Positions 1 through 8,045 of a stretch of 55,633 nt of DNA are shown piece after piece. The position numbers and the translations under genes were made by a program. This DNA comes from a bacterium (lineage in GTDB: Bacteria > Patescibacteriota > Dojkabacteria > JAKAPS01 > JAJZLI01): NCBI GenBank assembly GCA_027371855.1, contig DAHXLB010000026.1:1-55633 (forward strand), read 5' to 3'. The notes below the pieces were generated by a model that was given only the letters and a program-made list of their open reading frames with translations, made no database searches and was not told the DNA's origin. Every line of letters starts with the position of its first letter. The stretch's first letter is position 1.

Positions 1-1
1 A

Positions 2-382
2 GAAACACTTCCTGCAATCCTGCAAGCAAGATATATAATACGACGTGGTATATGGGGAGATGAGATAGGAGAGGTATTTAGAAAAACAGATATAATAATA
101 AGTAGGGCAGGGGCAAACACTGTTTATGAAATATTAACACTTAATAAAAAAGCAATATTAATACCAATATCCTCAAGTTCTTTTGGAGAACAATATGAGA
201 ATGCAAAAATAGCAAGAAAATATTCTGATACAATATCTATAATTAGCGAATCATCATTATCTTTTAATACATTAAATATAGAACTCAAGAAATTACAAGA
301 AAGGGAAAATACAAAAAAAATAGATTTACCAAGAAATGCAAGTAAGATTATTATAGAAAAAATCCTAAAAAATATTACATAA
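2..382 (+). CDS. murG: MurG-like GlcNAc transferase, C-terminal fragment (5' end outside window)
   Basis: Not in the ORF track because no start lies in the window. Frame 2 reads ...ISRAGANTVYEILTLNKKAILIPISSSSFGEQYENAKIARKY..., which resembles the GT28 C-terminal domain motif. Stop TAA at 380-382. Confidence 0.65.
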   Translation, partial: ETLPAILQARYIIRRGIWGDEIGEVFRKTDIIISRAGANTVYEILTLNKKAILIPISSSSFGEQYENAKIARKYSDTISIISESSLSFNTLNIELKKLQERENTKKIDLPRNASKIIIEKILKNIT

Positions 383-1180
383 ATTTTTAAATAACATAGC
401 AACTGTTAATGGTCCTATTCCTCCTCTAGATGGAACAAAAAAAGAAGATTTTTCTATACAATCATCATCAATACCTCCAGATACACTCCCATCAAAATTT
501 GCACTTTGGCCTATATTTATAAGAAAAGATCCTTTTTTCACATCATCTTTTTTTATCACACTTGATACCCCAGCTGTAAATATCACCATATCTGATAATT
601 TTGAAAAATTTGAAATATCTCCTTTTTCTGCATATTTATCAAGTACTGTAACATTATATTTATTTTGTATTAGATAGTCAGAAATTGGAAATCCAACAAA
701 TCCTGATCCTATAACTAGAATATGTGCTGATTTTGGTAATTTACATTTTTTAAAAATATATAAAAATGCATAATAAACACCAGGAGAGTATGCATACTTT
801 CCTGATAGAAGTTTAGTATAGTTGGTTGATGTAAGGCAGTCTATATCTTTAGTTGGTGATACATTATCAAGAATAGTTTTATCGTTTAATCCCACAAGAG
901 GAAGCTGTACAAGGAATACATCAATATTATTATCTTCATTAAATCTCTCAATTTCTTCTTTAAGATATGGATATCCTTCTTCAAATTGATGGTATACAAC
1001 GGCAACACCAATATCTTTAGCAAATTTTATTTTCTCCCTAATAAAGATCTTTGAAAGTTTATCATCACCAACTTGTATTATTCCTAGAGTAGGTGATACG
1101 TTCTTTTTTTTAAGATAATCTTTTACCTCTTTTTTTATAATTAAAGATTCTGCTTTTCCATCAAAAATTTTATCATTCAT
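365..1180 (-). CDS. folD: Bifunctional methylenetetrahydrofolate dehydrogenase/cyclohydrolase
   Basis: 271 aa. The N-terminus (DGKAESLIIKKEVKDYL...PTLGIIQVGDD), the VIGSGFVGFP Rossmann motif and the C-terminal ...GGIGPLTVAML are typical of FolD. It overlaps glyA by 8 nt. Confidence 0.9.
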   Translation of the reverse strand: MNDKIFDGKAESLIIKKEVKDYLKKKNVSPTLGIIQVGDDKLSKIFIREKIKFAKDIGVAVVYHQFEEGYPYLKEEIERFNEDNNIDVFLVQLPLVGLNDKTILDNVSPTKDIDCLTSTNYTKLLSGKYAYSPGVYYAFLYIFKKCKLPKSAHILVIGSGFVGFPISDYLIQNKYNVTVLDKYAEKGDISNFSKLSDMVIFTAGVSSVIKKDDVKKGSFLINIGQSANFDGSVSGGIDDDCIEKSSFFVPSRGGIGPLTVAMLFKNLCNIF

Positions 1181-2402
1181 AGTAATCTGGGATTGCGAAT
1201 TCTTTTGTTAATTTTATAACACTATCTTTAATTCTACCAAGTGTTTTTATATTATCTCTATTTTTTATTGAATCTAGTATAAATTCAGCTATCTTTTCCA
1301 TTTCTCTTTCTCTCATAAAACGTGATGTTACCGAAGGAGTACCTATCCTTATACCACTTGCAACATTTGGACCTTTACTATCTTTTGGTATAGTAGATTT
1401 GGAAACAGCAATATTGACTGAGTCTAATAAATCTTGGGCCTCACTTCCAGTAATATTAAAATTCGTAAGGTCTACTACAAACATATGATTATCAGTTCCT
1501 CCTGATACTACACTAAATCCTCTCTTTAACATTGCATCCACCAGATGTTTAGAATTTAAAAGCACTTGTTCTTGATATTTTAAAAACGAAGATAAAGAAG
1601 CTTCATTGAATGCGATTGCTTTCGAGGCTATAGTATGAATCATGGGTCCTCCCCCAAATCCAGGGAATACAGACTTTTGGATTAGATTAAATATATTTTC
1701 TTTATTAGTCATTAAAATGGCACTTCTTGGTCCACGCAGAGTTTTATGTGTAGTTGTAGATATAATATCTGCATAATCAACTGGTGATTGATGAAGTCCT
1801 GTTGCAACAAGTCCTGCTATATGTGATATATCGGCAAAAAGATATGCATGAACATTATTTGCTATCTCCCTAAATTTTTTAAAGTCTATTGATCTTGAAT
1901 AAGCAGATGCCCCACAAACAATCATTTTAGGTTTTATATCTTGAGCAATCTTTAAAACTTCATCATAATCTATATATCCGTCAGAGTTTACTCCATAGGA
2001 GGAAAAATTGAAAAGCTTCCCTGAAAAATTAACTTTAGATCCATGTGTAAGATGTCCTCCATCTTTAAGACTCATCCCAAGTATTCTATCTTTGGGCTTT
2101 AAAAGAGCAAAGTATACGGCTAAATTTGCCCCCGATCCACTATTAGGCTGGACATTAACGAATGACACATTAAAGAGCTCCTTGGCCCTCCTGATTGCCA
2201 TATTTTCAATTTCATCAACAACTAAACACCCGCCATAATATCTTGAACCAGGGTATCCTTCAGCATATTTATTAGTAAGTACTGAACCTTGAGCTTCCCT
2301 TACATCTTTAGATACGTAATTTTCAGAAGCTATAAGCTCTATAACATTATCCTGTCTTTTACCTTCTTTGAAAATAAGGTCTTCTATTTCTTTATCTCTC
2401 AC
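1173..2402 (-). CDS. glyA: Serine hydroxymethyltransferase
   Basis: 409 aa with LIASENY, YAEGYPGSRYYGG and the TTTHKTLRGPR PLP-lysine motif. Confidence 0.95.
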   Translation of the reverse strand: MRDKEIEDLIFKEGKRQDNVIELIASENYVSKDVREAQGSVLTNKYAEGYPGSRYYGGCLVVDEIENMAIRRAKELFNVSFVNVQPNSGSGANLAVYFALLKPKDRILGMSLKDGGHLTHGSKVNFSGKLFNFSSYGVNSDGYIDYDEVLKIAQDIKPKMIVCGASAYSRSIDFKKFREIANNVHAYLFADISHIAGLVATGLHQSPVDYADIISTTTHKTLRGPRSAILMTNKENIFNLIQKSVFPGFGGGPMIHTIASKAIAFNEASLSSFLKYQEQVLLNSKHLVDAMLKRGFSVVSGGTDNHMFVVDLTNFNITGSEAQDLLDSVNIAVSKSTIPKDSKGPNVASGIRIGTPSVTSRFMREREMEKIAEFILDSIKNRDNIKTLGRIKDSVIKLTKEFAIPDYYE

Positions 2403-2404
2403 TT

Positions 2405-2974
2405 TTATTTAATAAAATCTTTGAAATAATGACTTTTAGTTGGATCTTTTTGACCGTTATATTTATTATTATACTCTCCATACGGTTTTTTGGAAGGGGA
2501 GGTCATAGTAAAAAATGCCAGTTGAGATATTTTCATACCTGTATATATTTTTATAGGTGTGTTTATTAAATTTGTCATCTCTAAAGTTAAAGTACCATGG
2601 AATCCAGGATCAACAAAACCTGCTGTAGCATGAACTATAAGTCCAATCCTTCCTAACGATGATTTACCCTCAATTCTAGCCACAAGATAATTTGGTATTT
2701 CTACATATTCTAGAGTAGATGAGAGTATAAATTCACCAGGATGTAGAAAAAAATACCCATGGGTTTTCACATCCACAATTTCTGTATTATCTATATCTTC
2801 TTTAACATCTATATATGGAGTATTAGCGTTTTTAAAAATTAAAAATTTAGACGATATATGAAGGTCATAAGATGACGGTTGTATAGAATTCTTTGTAAAT
2901 GGAGTTATCTTGAGATCCCCTTTTTTTAGTTCATTTAATATATCTCTATCTGATAGTATCATCTTGAGTTTCAC
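2405..2974 (-). CDS. dcd: dCTP deaminase
   Basis: 189 aa with ILSDRDI near the N-terminus and GFVDPGFHGTLTLE, the dUTPase-fold Dcd signature. An alternative start at Met5 (2962) is possible. Confidence 0.88.
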   Translation of the reverse strand: MKLKMILSDRDILNELKKGDLKITPFTKNSIQPSSYDLHISSKFLIFKNANTPYIDVKEDIDNTEIVDVKTHGYFFLHPGEFILSSTLEYVEIPNYLVARIEGKSSLGRIGLIVHATAGFVDPGFHGTLTLEMTNLINTPIKIYTGMKISQLAFFTMTSPSKKPYGEYNNKYNGQKDPTKSHYFKDFIK

Positions 2975-4577
2975 CCCCTTTATTTTTTATACAATTTGAA
3001 ATAAATTCAACAAACAAAGGATGAGGAAATAAAGGTTTTGATTTAAATTCTGGATGAAATTGTACTCCTACAAAGAATGGATGGTCTTTAAGTTCCATTA
3101 TCTCAACAAGTTTGGAATCTAGTGAAAGACCACTGAATACAACCCCTGATTTTTCAAAAACCTTTCTATATTTGTTGTTAAATTCATATCTGTGCCTATG
3201 ACGTTCTGAGATTCTATCTTTTTTGTACGCCTTATATACTAGAGTATTTTTTGAAAGAATACATTCCCAAGCACCTAATCTCATACTTCCTCCATAATCT
3301 TTAACTAGTAATTTTTTTTCTTGATCAGGCATAATATGAATAACAGGATCTGGAGTTTTAGGATTTACTTCCTCTGAATTAGCTTTTTTAAGACCAATAA
3401 CATTTCTTGCAAATTCTACTGTTGCAAGTTGCATACCATAACAAAGACCAAAATATGGGATATTATTTTCCCTAGCATATCTAATTGCCTTAATTTTTCC
3501 TTCTATACCTCGTTTCCCAAATCCTCCTGGAACAATAATTCCATTACAAGTTTTAAGAACCTTCATATTGATATTTTCGGAATCTAACCATTTTATTTTA
3601 AAATTAATTTTTTCACTCCAACATGCAATTTTAATCGATTCTACAACTGATACATAGGCATCTTCTAGAGAAAAAGAACCACTCATATGATATTTTCCAA
3701 CCATCCCTATTGTTATAGTTTTTTTATAATCTGTATCTATAGAAGATATAAGTGCCTTCCAATCTTCCATATCAACATCCTTAGATTTAAGGTTAAGGAA
3801 ATCCAATACTTTTATATCTAATTTTTGTAGATAAAAATTATACGGAACCTTATAAATACTTGATACATCTGTATTTGAAAATACACAATCTTCTTCTACA
3901 TTAGTTGCAACCGCAATTTTTTTTCTCCTCAGTTTATCAATTGGTGAATCTGATCTTCCAACAATTATATCGGGGAATATACCTCTTTGATTAAGATGCA
4001 TAACAGATTGTTGTGTGGGTTTTGTTTTCATTTCCCCTATACTTTTTGGTACGGGAAGATATGATATATGTATATGTAAAAGATCTTCTTTTAACTTCCT
4101 TTTTAGATATCTTTCAGCCTCATAATATATATCATTTTGATATTCACCAATCGTTCCTCCTATTTCTATTATTAAAATCTCGTCATGGTTATATGCTTCT
4201 CCTATTCTTGAAACAATTTCATCTCGTATATGAGGAATCACTTCTACACAAGCACCGTCATACTTTAAATTACGTTCATTTTGAATAACCTTGGAATATA
4301 TTTGACCTGTAGTGATAGCATTAACTTTTGAAACTGATATTCCCATAAACCTCTCATAATGACCACCATCCATATCCATTTCATATCCATCATCTGTGAC
4401 AAAAACCTCCCCATGTTCTATTGGGTTCATAGTACCAGCATCAATGTTTATATAAGGATCACACTTTAAAAAGGAGACCTTATATCCCTGCTTTTCAAGA
4501 AGCAATCCCAAAGATGCTGCAGTTATTCCTTTTCCAATTCCAGAGATTACACCTCCAGAAATAAATATTAGCTTCAT
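2946..4577 (-). CDS. pyrG: CTP synthase
   Basis: MKLIFISGGVISGIGKG N-terminus and a glutamine amidotransferase domain (GLCYGMQ, HRHRYEFN). The start is placed at the internal Met (4577) rather than the ORF-track Met at 4607. Confidence 0.95.
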   Translation of the reverse strand: MKLIFISGGVISGIGKGITAASLGLLLEKQGYKVSFLKCDPYINIDAGTMNPIEHGEVFVTDDGYEMDMDGGHYERFMGISVSKVNAITTGQIYSKVIQNERNLKYDGACVEVIPHIRDEIVSRIGEAYNHDEILIIEIGGTIGEYQNDIYYEAERYLKRKLKEDLLHIHISYLPVPKSIGEMKTKPTQQSVMHLNQRGIFPDIIVGRSDSPIDKLRRKKIAVATNVEEDCVFSNTDVSSIYKVPYNFYLQKLDIKVLDFLNLKSKDVDMEDWKALISSIDTDYKKTITIGMVGKYHMSGSFSLEDAYVSVVESIKIACWSEKINFKIKWLDSENINMKVLKTCNGIIVPGGFGKRGIEGKIKAIRYARENNIPYFGLCYGMQLATVEFARNVIGLKKANSEEVNPKTPDPVIHIMPDQEKKLLVKDYGGSMRLGAWECILSKNTLVYKAYKKDRISERHRHRYEFNNKYRKVFEKSGVVFSGLSLDSKLVEIMELKDHPFFVGVQFHPEFKSKPLFPHPLFVEFISNCIKNKGGETQDDTIR

Positions 4578-4651
4578 ACAATGATGAGAGGATAATGTAA
4601 AAAACACTTTTTGTCAAATTTATACAAAATATGTGATAGACTCTATTATAT

Positions 4652-5266
4652 ATGGGAAATAGACAATTTTTTTATTTAATTGCAAAATATAGTTCTATAC
4701 CATTTGTTGTCATATTAGTGGTATTATTCCTTGTTTATATAAACCAAAATCACAAATCTAATAAAGTTACAACCAATCCACCAACATCTATATATAGAAA
4801 TGGGAATCTGTATGTAGATAAAAATACTGATGGTAATGTTATAACTAAAACTGAGGCATTCGATTTAAGATCAACCGAATCTTCAAAGGTAATGCAAATT
4901 AATGGAATAAATATATCCCTAATGGAAGCATCTACACAAAAACAACAGAATGCAGGATTAATGTATTTAAAAACTATGCCCACAGCTCAAGGATCTGGAT
5001 CCTTGGGATCTAGATCCAAAGGTATGATTTTCTATTTTAAAAACTATAAAATTCATCCTTTCTGGATGGCAAATACTCTAATTCCTTTGGATATGCTGTT
5101 TATATCAAATAATCTAACTATTAACCAAATAATCAAAGCACAACCATGCACAGGAATTTATTGTAAAATTCTTTATCCGAAATATAATTCAAAATATGTG
5201 ATAGAAGTTACACCTAAATTTGTAAATACATACAATATAAAAATAGGGGAGAATATATCTCTATAA
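4652..5266 (+). CDS. Membrane-anchored DUF192-family protein
   Basis: N-terminal TM helix. GLMYLK...GMIFYF...FWMANTLIPLDMLFI...PC matches the DUF192 (COG1430) pattern. It carries an inserted GSGSLGSRSK segment encoded by palindromic modules. Confidence 0.7.
   Translation: MGNRQFFYLIAKYSSIPFVVILVVLFLVYINQNHKSNKVTTNPPTSIYRNGNLYVDKNTDGNVITKTEAFDLRSTESSKVMQINGINISLMEASTQKQQNAGLMYLKTMPTAQGSGSLGSRSKGMIFYFKNYKIHPFWMANTLIPLDMLFISNNLTINQIIKAQPCTGIYCKILYPKYNSKYVIEVTPKFVNTYNIKIGENISL
4988..5022. repeat. Two tandem 15-bp palindromic modules (GGATCTGGATCC / GGATCTAGATCC + AAAGG)
   Basis: caaGGATCTGGATCCttgGGATCTAGATCCaaagg is read directly from the sequence. It contains four GATC sites in 27 nt and encodes QGSGSLGSRSKG. 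Confidence 0.8.
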
Positions 5267-5317
5267 TTTAATTTTTCAGATATTTTATGTTAGAATTAAG
5301 AGATCTTTGAAGTTGAT

Positions 5318-5394
5318 GGTGAATGTAGCTCAGTTGGTAGAGCGACCGCCTGTGGAGCGGTAGGTCGTGGGTTCAAACCCCACCATTTACCCCA
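5318..5394 (+). tRNA. tRNA-His (anticodon GTG)
   Basis: Manual cloverleaf: encoded G-1 paired with C73, acceptor GTGAATG/CATTTAC, anticodon loop CTGTGGA, T-loop TTCAAAC, encoded CCA. Confidence 0.85.
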
Positions 5395-5404
5395 TAAATA
5401 TTAT

Positions 5405-5477
5405 GCTTTCGTAGCTTAATGGATAAAGCAACTCCCTTCTAAGGAGAAGAGTGCAGGTTCGAATCCTGCCGAGAGCG
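5405..5477 (+). tRNA. tRNA-Arg (anticodon TCT)
   Basis: Acceptor GCTTTCG/CGAGAGC, anticodon loop CTTCTAA, T-arm GCAGG-TTCGAAT-CCTGC. No encoded CCA. Confidence 0.85.
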
Positions 5478-5484
5478 ATTATTT

Positions 5485-5559
5485 GCACCTATAGCTCAGT
5501 CTGGATAGAGCATCTCGCTTCGGACGAGAATGTCGGGAGTTCGAATCTCTCTAGGTGCT
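5485..5559 (+). tRNA. tRNA-Arg (anticodon TCG)
   Basis: Acceptor GCACCTA/TAGGTGC, anticodon stem TCTCG/CGAGA, loop CTTCGGA, T-loop TTCGAAT. No encoded CCA. Confidence 0.8.
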
Positions 5560-5593
5560 TTTTAAATATTTAAAATATAATTAGCGCATCACT

Positions 5594-5665
5594 TGAGGGC
5601 ACTGGGAGTCGAACCCAGAATCAACAGCTTAAGAGGCTGATGCTCTACCATTGAGCTATACCCTC
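5594..5665 (-). tRNA. tRNA-Lys (anticodon CTT)
   Basis: The reverse complement folds as GAGGGTA-TA-GCTCAATGGTAGAGC-A-TCAGC-CTCTTAA-GCTGT-TGATT-CTGGG-TTCGACT-CCCAG-TGCCCTC-A. Confidence 0.85.
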
Positions 5666-5735
5666 ACATTGATCTATAATTGTCTCATATAGTATGCTTT
5701 ATTTACAAGGGATTAGAATCTAAACCAAAGATCAA

Positions 5736-6830
5736 ATGAATAAATATAATGTAGGTATAATAGCAAAAGATATACTAAATAGGGAAGAAACAGGGATTGA
5801 AAATTATACCCTAAGTATCCTAAAAGAGTTTGATAAGTATACAAATATTAATTTCACTGTATATATAAACCATCTAGATGAAGACCATCTAGATGGAGAT
5901 CATCTATATAAATCAAATTTCAAAAATATAAAATTCAAATATATAAAAAATAGACTTTTTTGGATGCATTTATCTTTGCCATTGCAACTTAGAAAAGATA
6001 AGCTGGACTTAATTTTCTCGCCTATTCCATCCATTCCACTATTCACAAAGACCAAGTCCATAGTTGTAGTACATGATCTATCATTTGAATATATGGATCA
6101 AAAGTTTATAAAAACAACAGTATTTTTTATTAAACACTCACTAGATACTGCGACAAAAATAATAGCTGTATCAAAATTTACCAAAGATCAAATACTAAGT
6201 AATTTCAAAATTGAAGAAAATAAAATCAAAATTATTTATGAATCATGTGACAGAGATTTATACAAATTTGATAAAAAAAAGAGAAATTTAAGAGAATTAA
6301 ACATTCTTTGTGTGGGCACAATAAATAAGAGAAAGAATTTTACTCATATTATCAAAACTATTCCTATATTAAAAAAGAAATTTGATACTGTAAAATTAAC
6401 AATTATAGGTAAATATGGTGATGATTATATCAACTTACAAAAGACAATTGAGGATCTAGGAGTAAAGAATGATGTAATCATAACAGGATACGTTCCAAAT
6501 AACGAATTAGTAAGATATTTCCATAAAAACGACGTATTTGTATATGCTTCGAAAGAAGAAGGGTTCGGTATCCCTATTTTAGAAGCATATTCTTCAGGTA
6601 CTCCTGTAGTAACATCTAATATATCTGCCACTAAAGAGATTGGAGAATCCGCTTCAGTTCTTGTAGACCCAAATAACTTTTTTGACATTGCAGATGGTAT
6701 AATAGCTGCATATGAAAATAGCGAAGAACTTGTAGAATTGGGACTTATTGAAGTTAAAAAATACACATGGGAAAAAACATCAAAAGAGATAATAAACCTA
6801 ATAGAGAGAACTCTTATACCAAAGATTTAG
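5736..6830 (+). CDS. Glycosyltransferase family 4 (GT1/GT4 fold)
   Basis: 364 aa. The C-terminal EGFGIPILEAYSSGTPVVTS (E-x7-E) motif is typical of GT4 enzymes. It contains an HLDEDHLDGDHL tandem insert. Confidence 0.8.
   Translation: MNKYNVGIIAKDILNREETGIENYTLSILKEFDKYTNINFTVYINHLDEDHLDGDHLYKSNFKNIKFKYIKNRLFWMHLSLPLQLRKDKLDLIFSPIPSIPLFTKTKSIVVVHDLSFEYMDQKFIKTTVFFIKHSLDTATKIIAVSKFTKDQILSNFKIEENKIKIIYESCDRDLYKFDKKKRNLRELNILCVGTINKRKNFTHIIKTIPILKKKFDTVKLTIIGKYGDDYINLQKTIEDLGVKNDVIITGYVPNNELVRYFHKNDVFVYASKEEGFGIPILEAYSSGTPVVTSNISATKEIGESASVLVDPNNFFDIADGIIAAYENSEELVELGLIEVKKYTWEKTSKEIINLIERTLIPKI
5870..5906. repeat. 15-bp tandem repeat built on CCATCTAGATGR palindromes
   Basis: CCATCTAGATGAagaCCATCTAGATGGagatCATCTA. 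The second unit is a perfect 12-bp palindrome. It is read as HLDEDHLDGDHL. Confidence 0.8.
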
Positions 6831-7459
6831 GTCCTCGGAGCTAAATCCTTCTTAATATTCCTTATATGTCTTACTATGAAGAATATTATACCTATTATTA
6901 CTATAATTAGAATATAATTTGATAGGGATTCTATGATTTTTGCAAAATATTGCCAATGTGCCCCAAATAAGAACCCTATGTATGTAAGAACTATAGCCCA
7001 AATCAGTGATCCTATAAAAGTATATAGAAGGAATTTTTTAAAGTTCATTCTAGCTATTCCTGCAGGAAAAGATATAAATGTTCTAAAAACAGGTAGGAAT
7101 CTAGAGACTAGTATAGTTATATCCCCATATTTTAAAAACCAAGAGTGTGCAGTATTAAGATCTTTCTTACTAATAAATAGATATTTTCCATATTTTTCTA
7201 AGAAATCATCACCTAGAGTTCCTATGTAATATGACAATACAGATCCAAGAAGATTCCCCAATGTACCAACTAGTACAACTAAGTAAAAATTTAACTTACC
7301 AAAAGACACTAAAAATCCAGAAAATGTCATTACAACTTCAGATGGAATTGGAATATTTAAACTTTCAAGCGTCATAAAAAAGAAAATTCCTGTATAAGAA
7401 AACTTCGTTATCACGTGAATAATCAGGTTACTTATTGTAATAATAATACTACTAGACAT
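6827..7459 (-). CDS. DedA/SNARE-associated family membrane protein
   Basis: 210 aa and multi-TM. The motifs ...PIPSEVVMTFSGFL... and ...SRFLPVFRTFISFPAGIARM are DedA signatures. Confidence 0.8.
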   Translation of the reverse strand: MSSSIIITISNLIIHVITKFSYTGIFFFMTLESLNIPIPSEVVMTFSGFLVSFGKLNFYLVVLVGTLGNLLGSVLSYYIGTLGDDFLEKYGKYLFISKKDLNTAHSWFLKYGDITILVSRFLPVFRTFISFPAGIARMNFKKFLLYTFIGSLIWAIVLTYIGFLFGAHWQYFAKIIESLSNYILIIVIIGIIFFIVRHIRNIKKDLAPRT

Positions 7460-7465
7460 TTTGGG

Positions 7466-7493
7466 TATATATAATATATAAAGAAGTATACAA
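7466..7493 (-). promoter_or_regulatory. Candidate promoter for dedA (TTGTAT-16-TATATA), 6 nt before the ATG
   Basis: The minus strand reads TTGTAT (7493-7488), a 16-nt spacer, TATATA (7471-7466), cccaaa, then ATG (7459). No Shine-Dalgarno sequence is present. Confidence 0.35.
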
Positions 7494-7508
7494 CATGATG
7501 TAAAAATT

Positions 7509-7517
7509 TGATATAAT
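7509..7517 (+). promoter_or_regulatory. Extended -10 element TGATATAAT
   Basis: Exact TGnTATAAT lies 58 nt upstream of the 7575 ATG in the divergent intergenic region. Confidence 0.4.
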
Positions 7518-7574
7518 GCGAACCTATAGATAGATTAATGCATTTTTAACTTAAATATACTATTTATATAGATC

Positions 7575-8045
7575 ATGACAAAAATAAAAAAAGCTACAAG
7601 TATAAAAAACGAGAAAGCTAGTAAATCTTTGAACGTTGAAGATGAAGAACCCATAATAGGTAATGACAGAGAGGAGGAGATTGATAATATATTTTTAGAT
7701 GAAGATATAGTAGTTGATACAATACCTGATGTAGCAATAGATGATAGTACTGATGATGAATTAATTGATATTCCTGAAATTTCTACAGTCACAGAAGATA
7801 TACCTAATATAGCATCAGATATTAAGGTTGTTAAATGTGTTAACTGTAAAGAAGATGTCTTAGAAGCAGATCTTTGCCCTATATGTGGCAAACCTTTAAA
7901 AAAGAAGACGAAAGTTAAAAGAAATACTGATTTACTAGATACAGAAAGAGATACATTGCATGATAATGATTTCTTTGAGGAAGAAGATGAATATATTTCT
8001 AACATTACTTCTAAGCTAAAAGATGAAGAGTCCTATGAAGGATAA
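7575..8045 (+). CDS. Hypothetical highly acidic protein with a CxxC-x10-CxxC zinc ribbon
   Basis: 156 aa, rich in D and E, with CVNCKEDVLEADLCPICGKP. No family was recognised. It overlaps the tig start. The antisense ORF 7535..8005 is low-complexity shadow. Confidence 0.55.
   Translation: MTKIKKATSIKNEKASKSLNVEDEEPIIGNDREEEIDNIFLDEDIVVDTIPDVAIDDSTDDELIDIPEISTVTEDIPNIASDIKVVKCVNCKEDVLEADLCPICGKPLKKKTKVKRNTDLLDTERDTLHDNDFFEEEDEYISNITSKLKDEESYEG

Noticed and set aside
124-402. 92-aa minus-strand ORF from the track
   Set aside because: It lies antisense to the murG C-terminal frame, which has a clear family motif. It is a hydrophobic low-complexity translation typical of AT-rich shadow ORFs.
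6828-6848. GGATTTAGCTCCGAGGACC (minus strand) at the DedA1 C-terminus as another palindromic-module copy
   Set aside because: It is only loosely similar to the consensus and is not itself palindromic. It is kept out of the family count.
7535-8005. 156-aa minus-strand ORF antisense to the acidic zinc-ribbon gene
   Set aside because: It is a Ser-rich mirror of the D/E-rich sense frame. It has no start context, and the sense frame has a promoter and a zinc ribbon. The choice is not certain but the sense strand is favoured.
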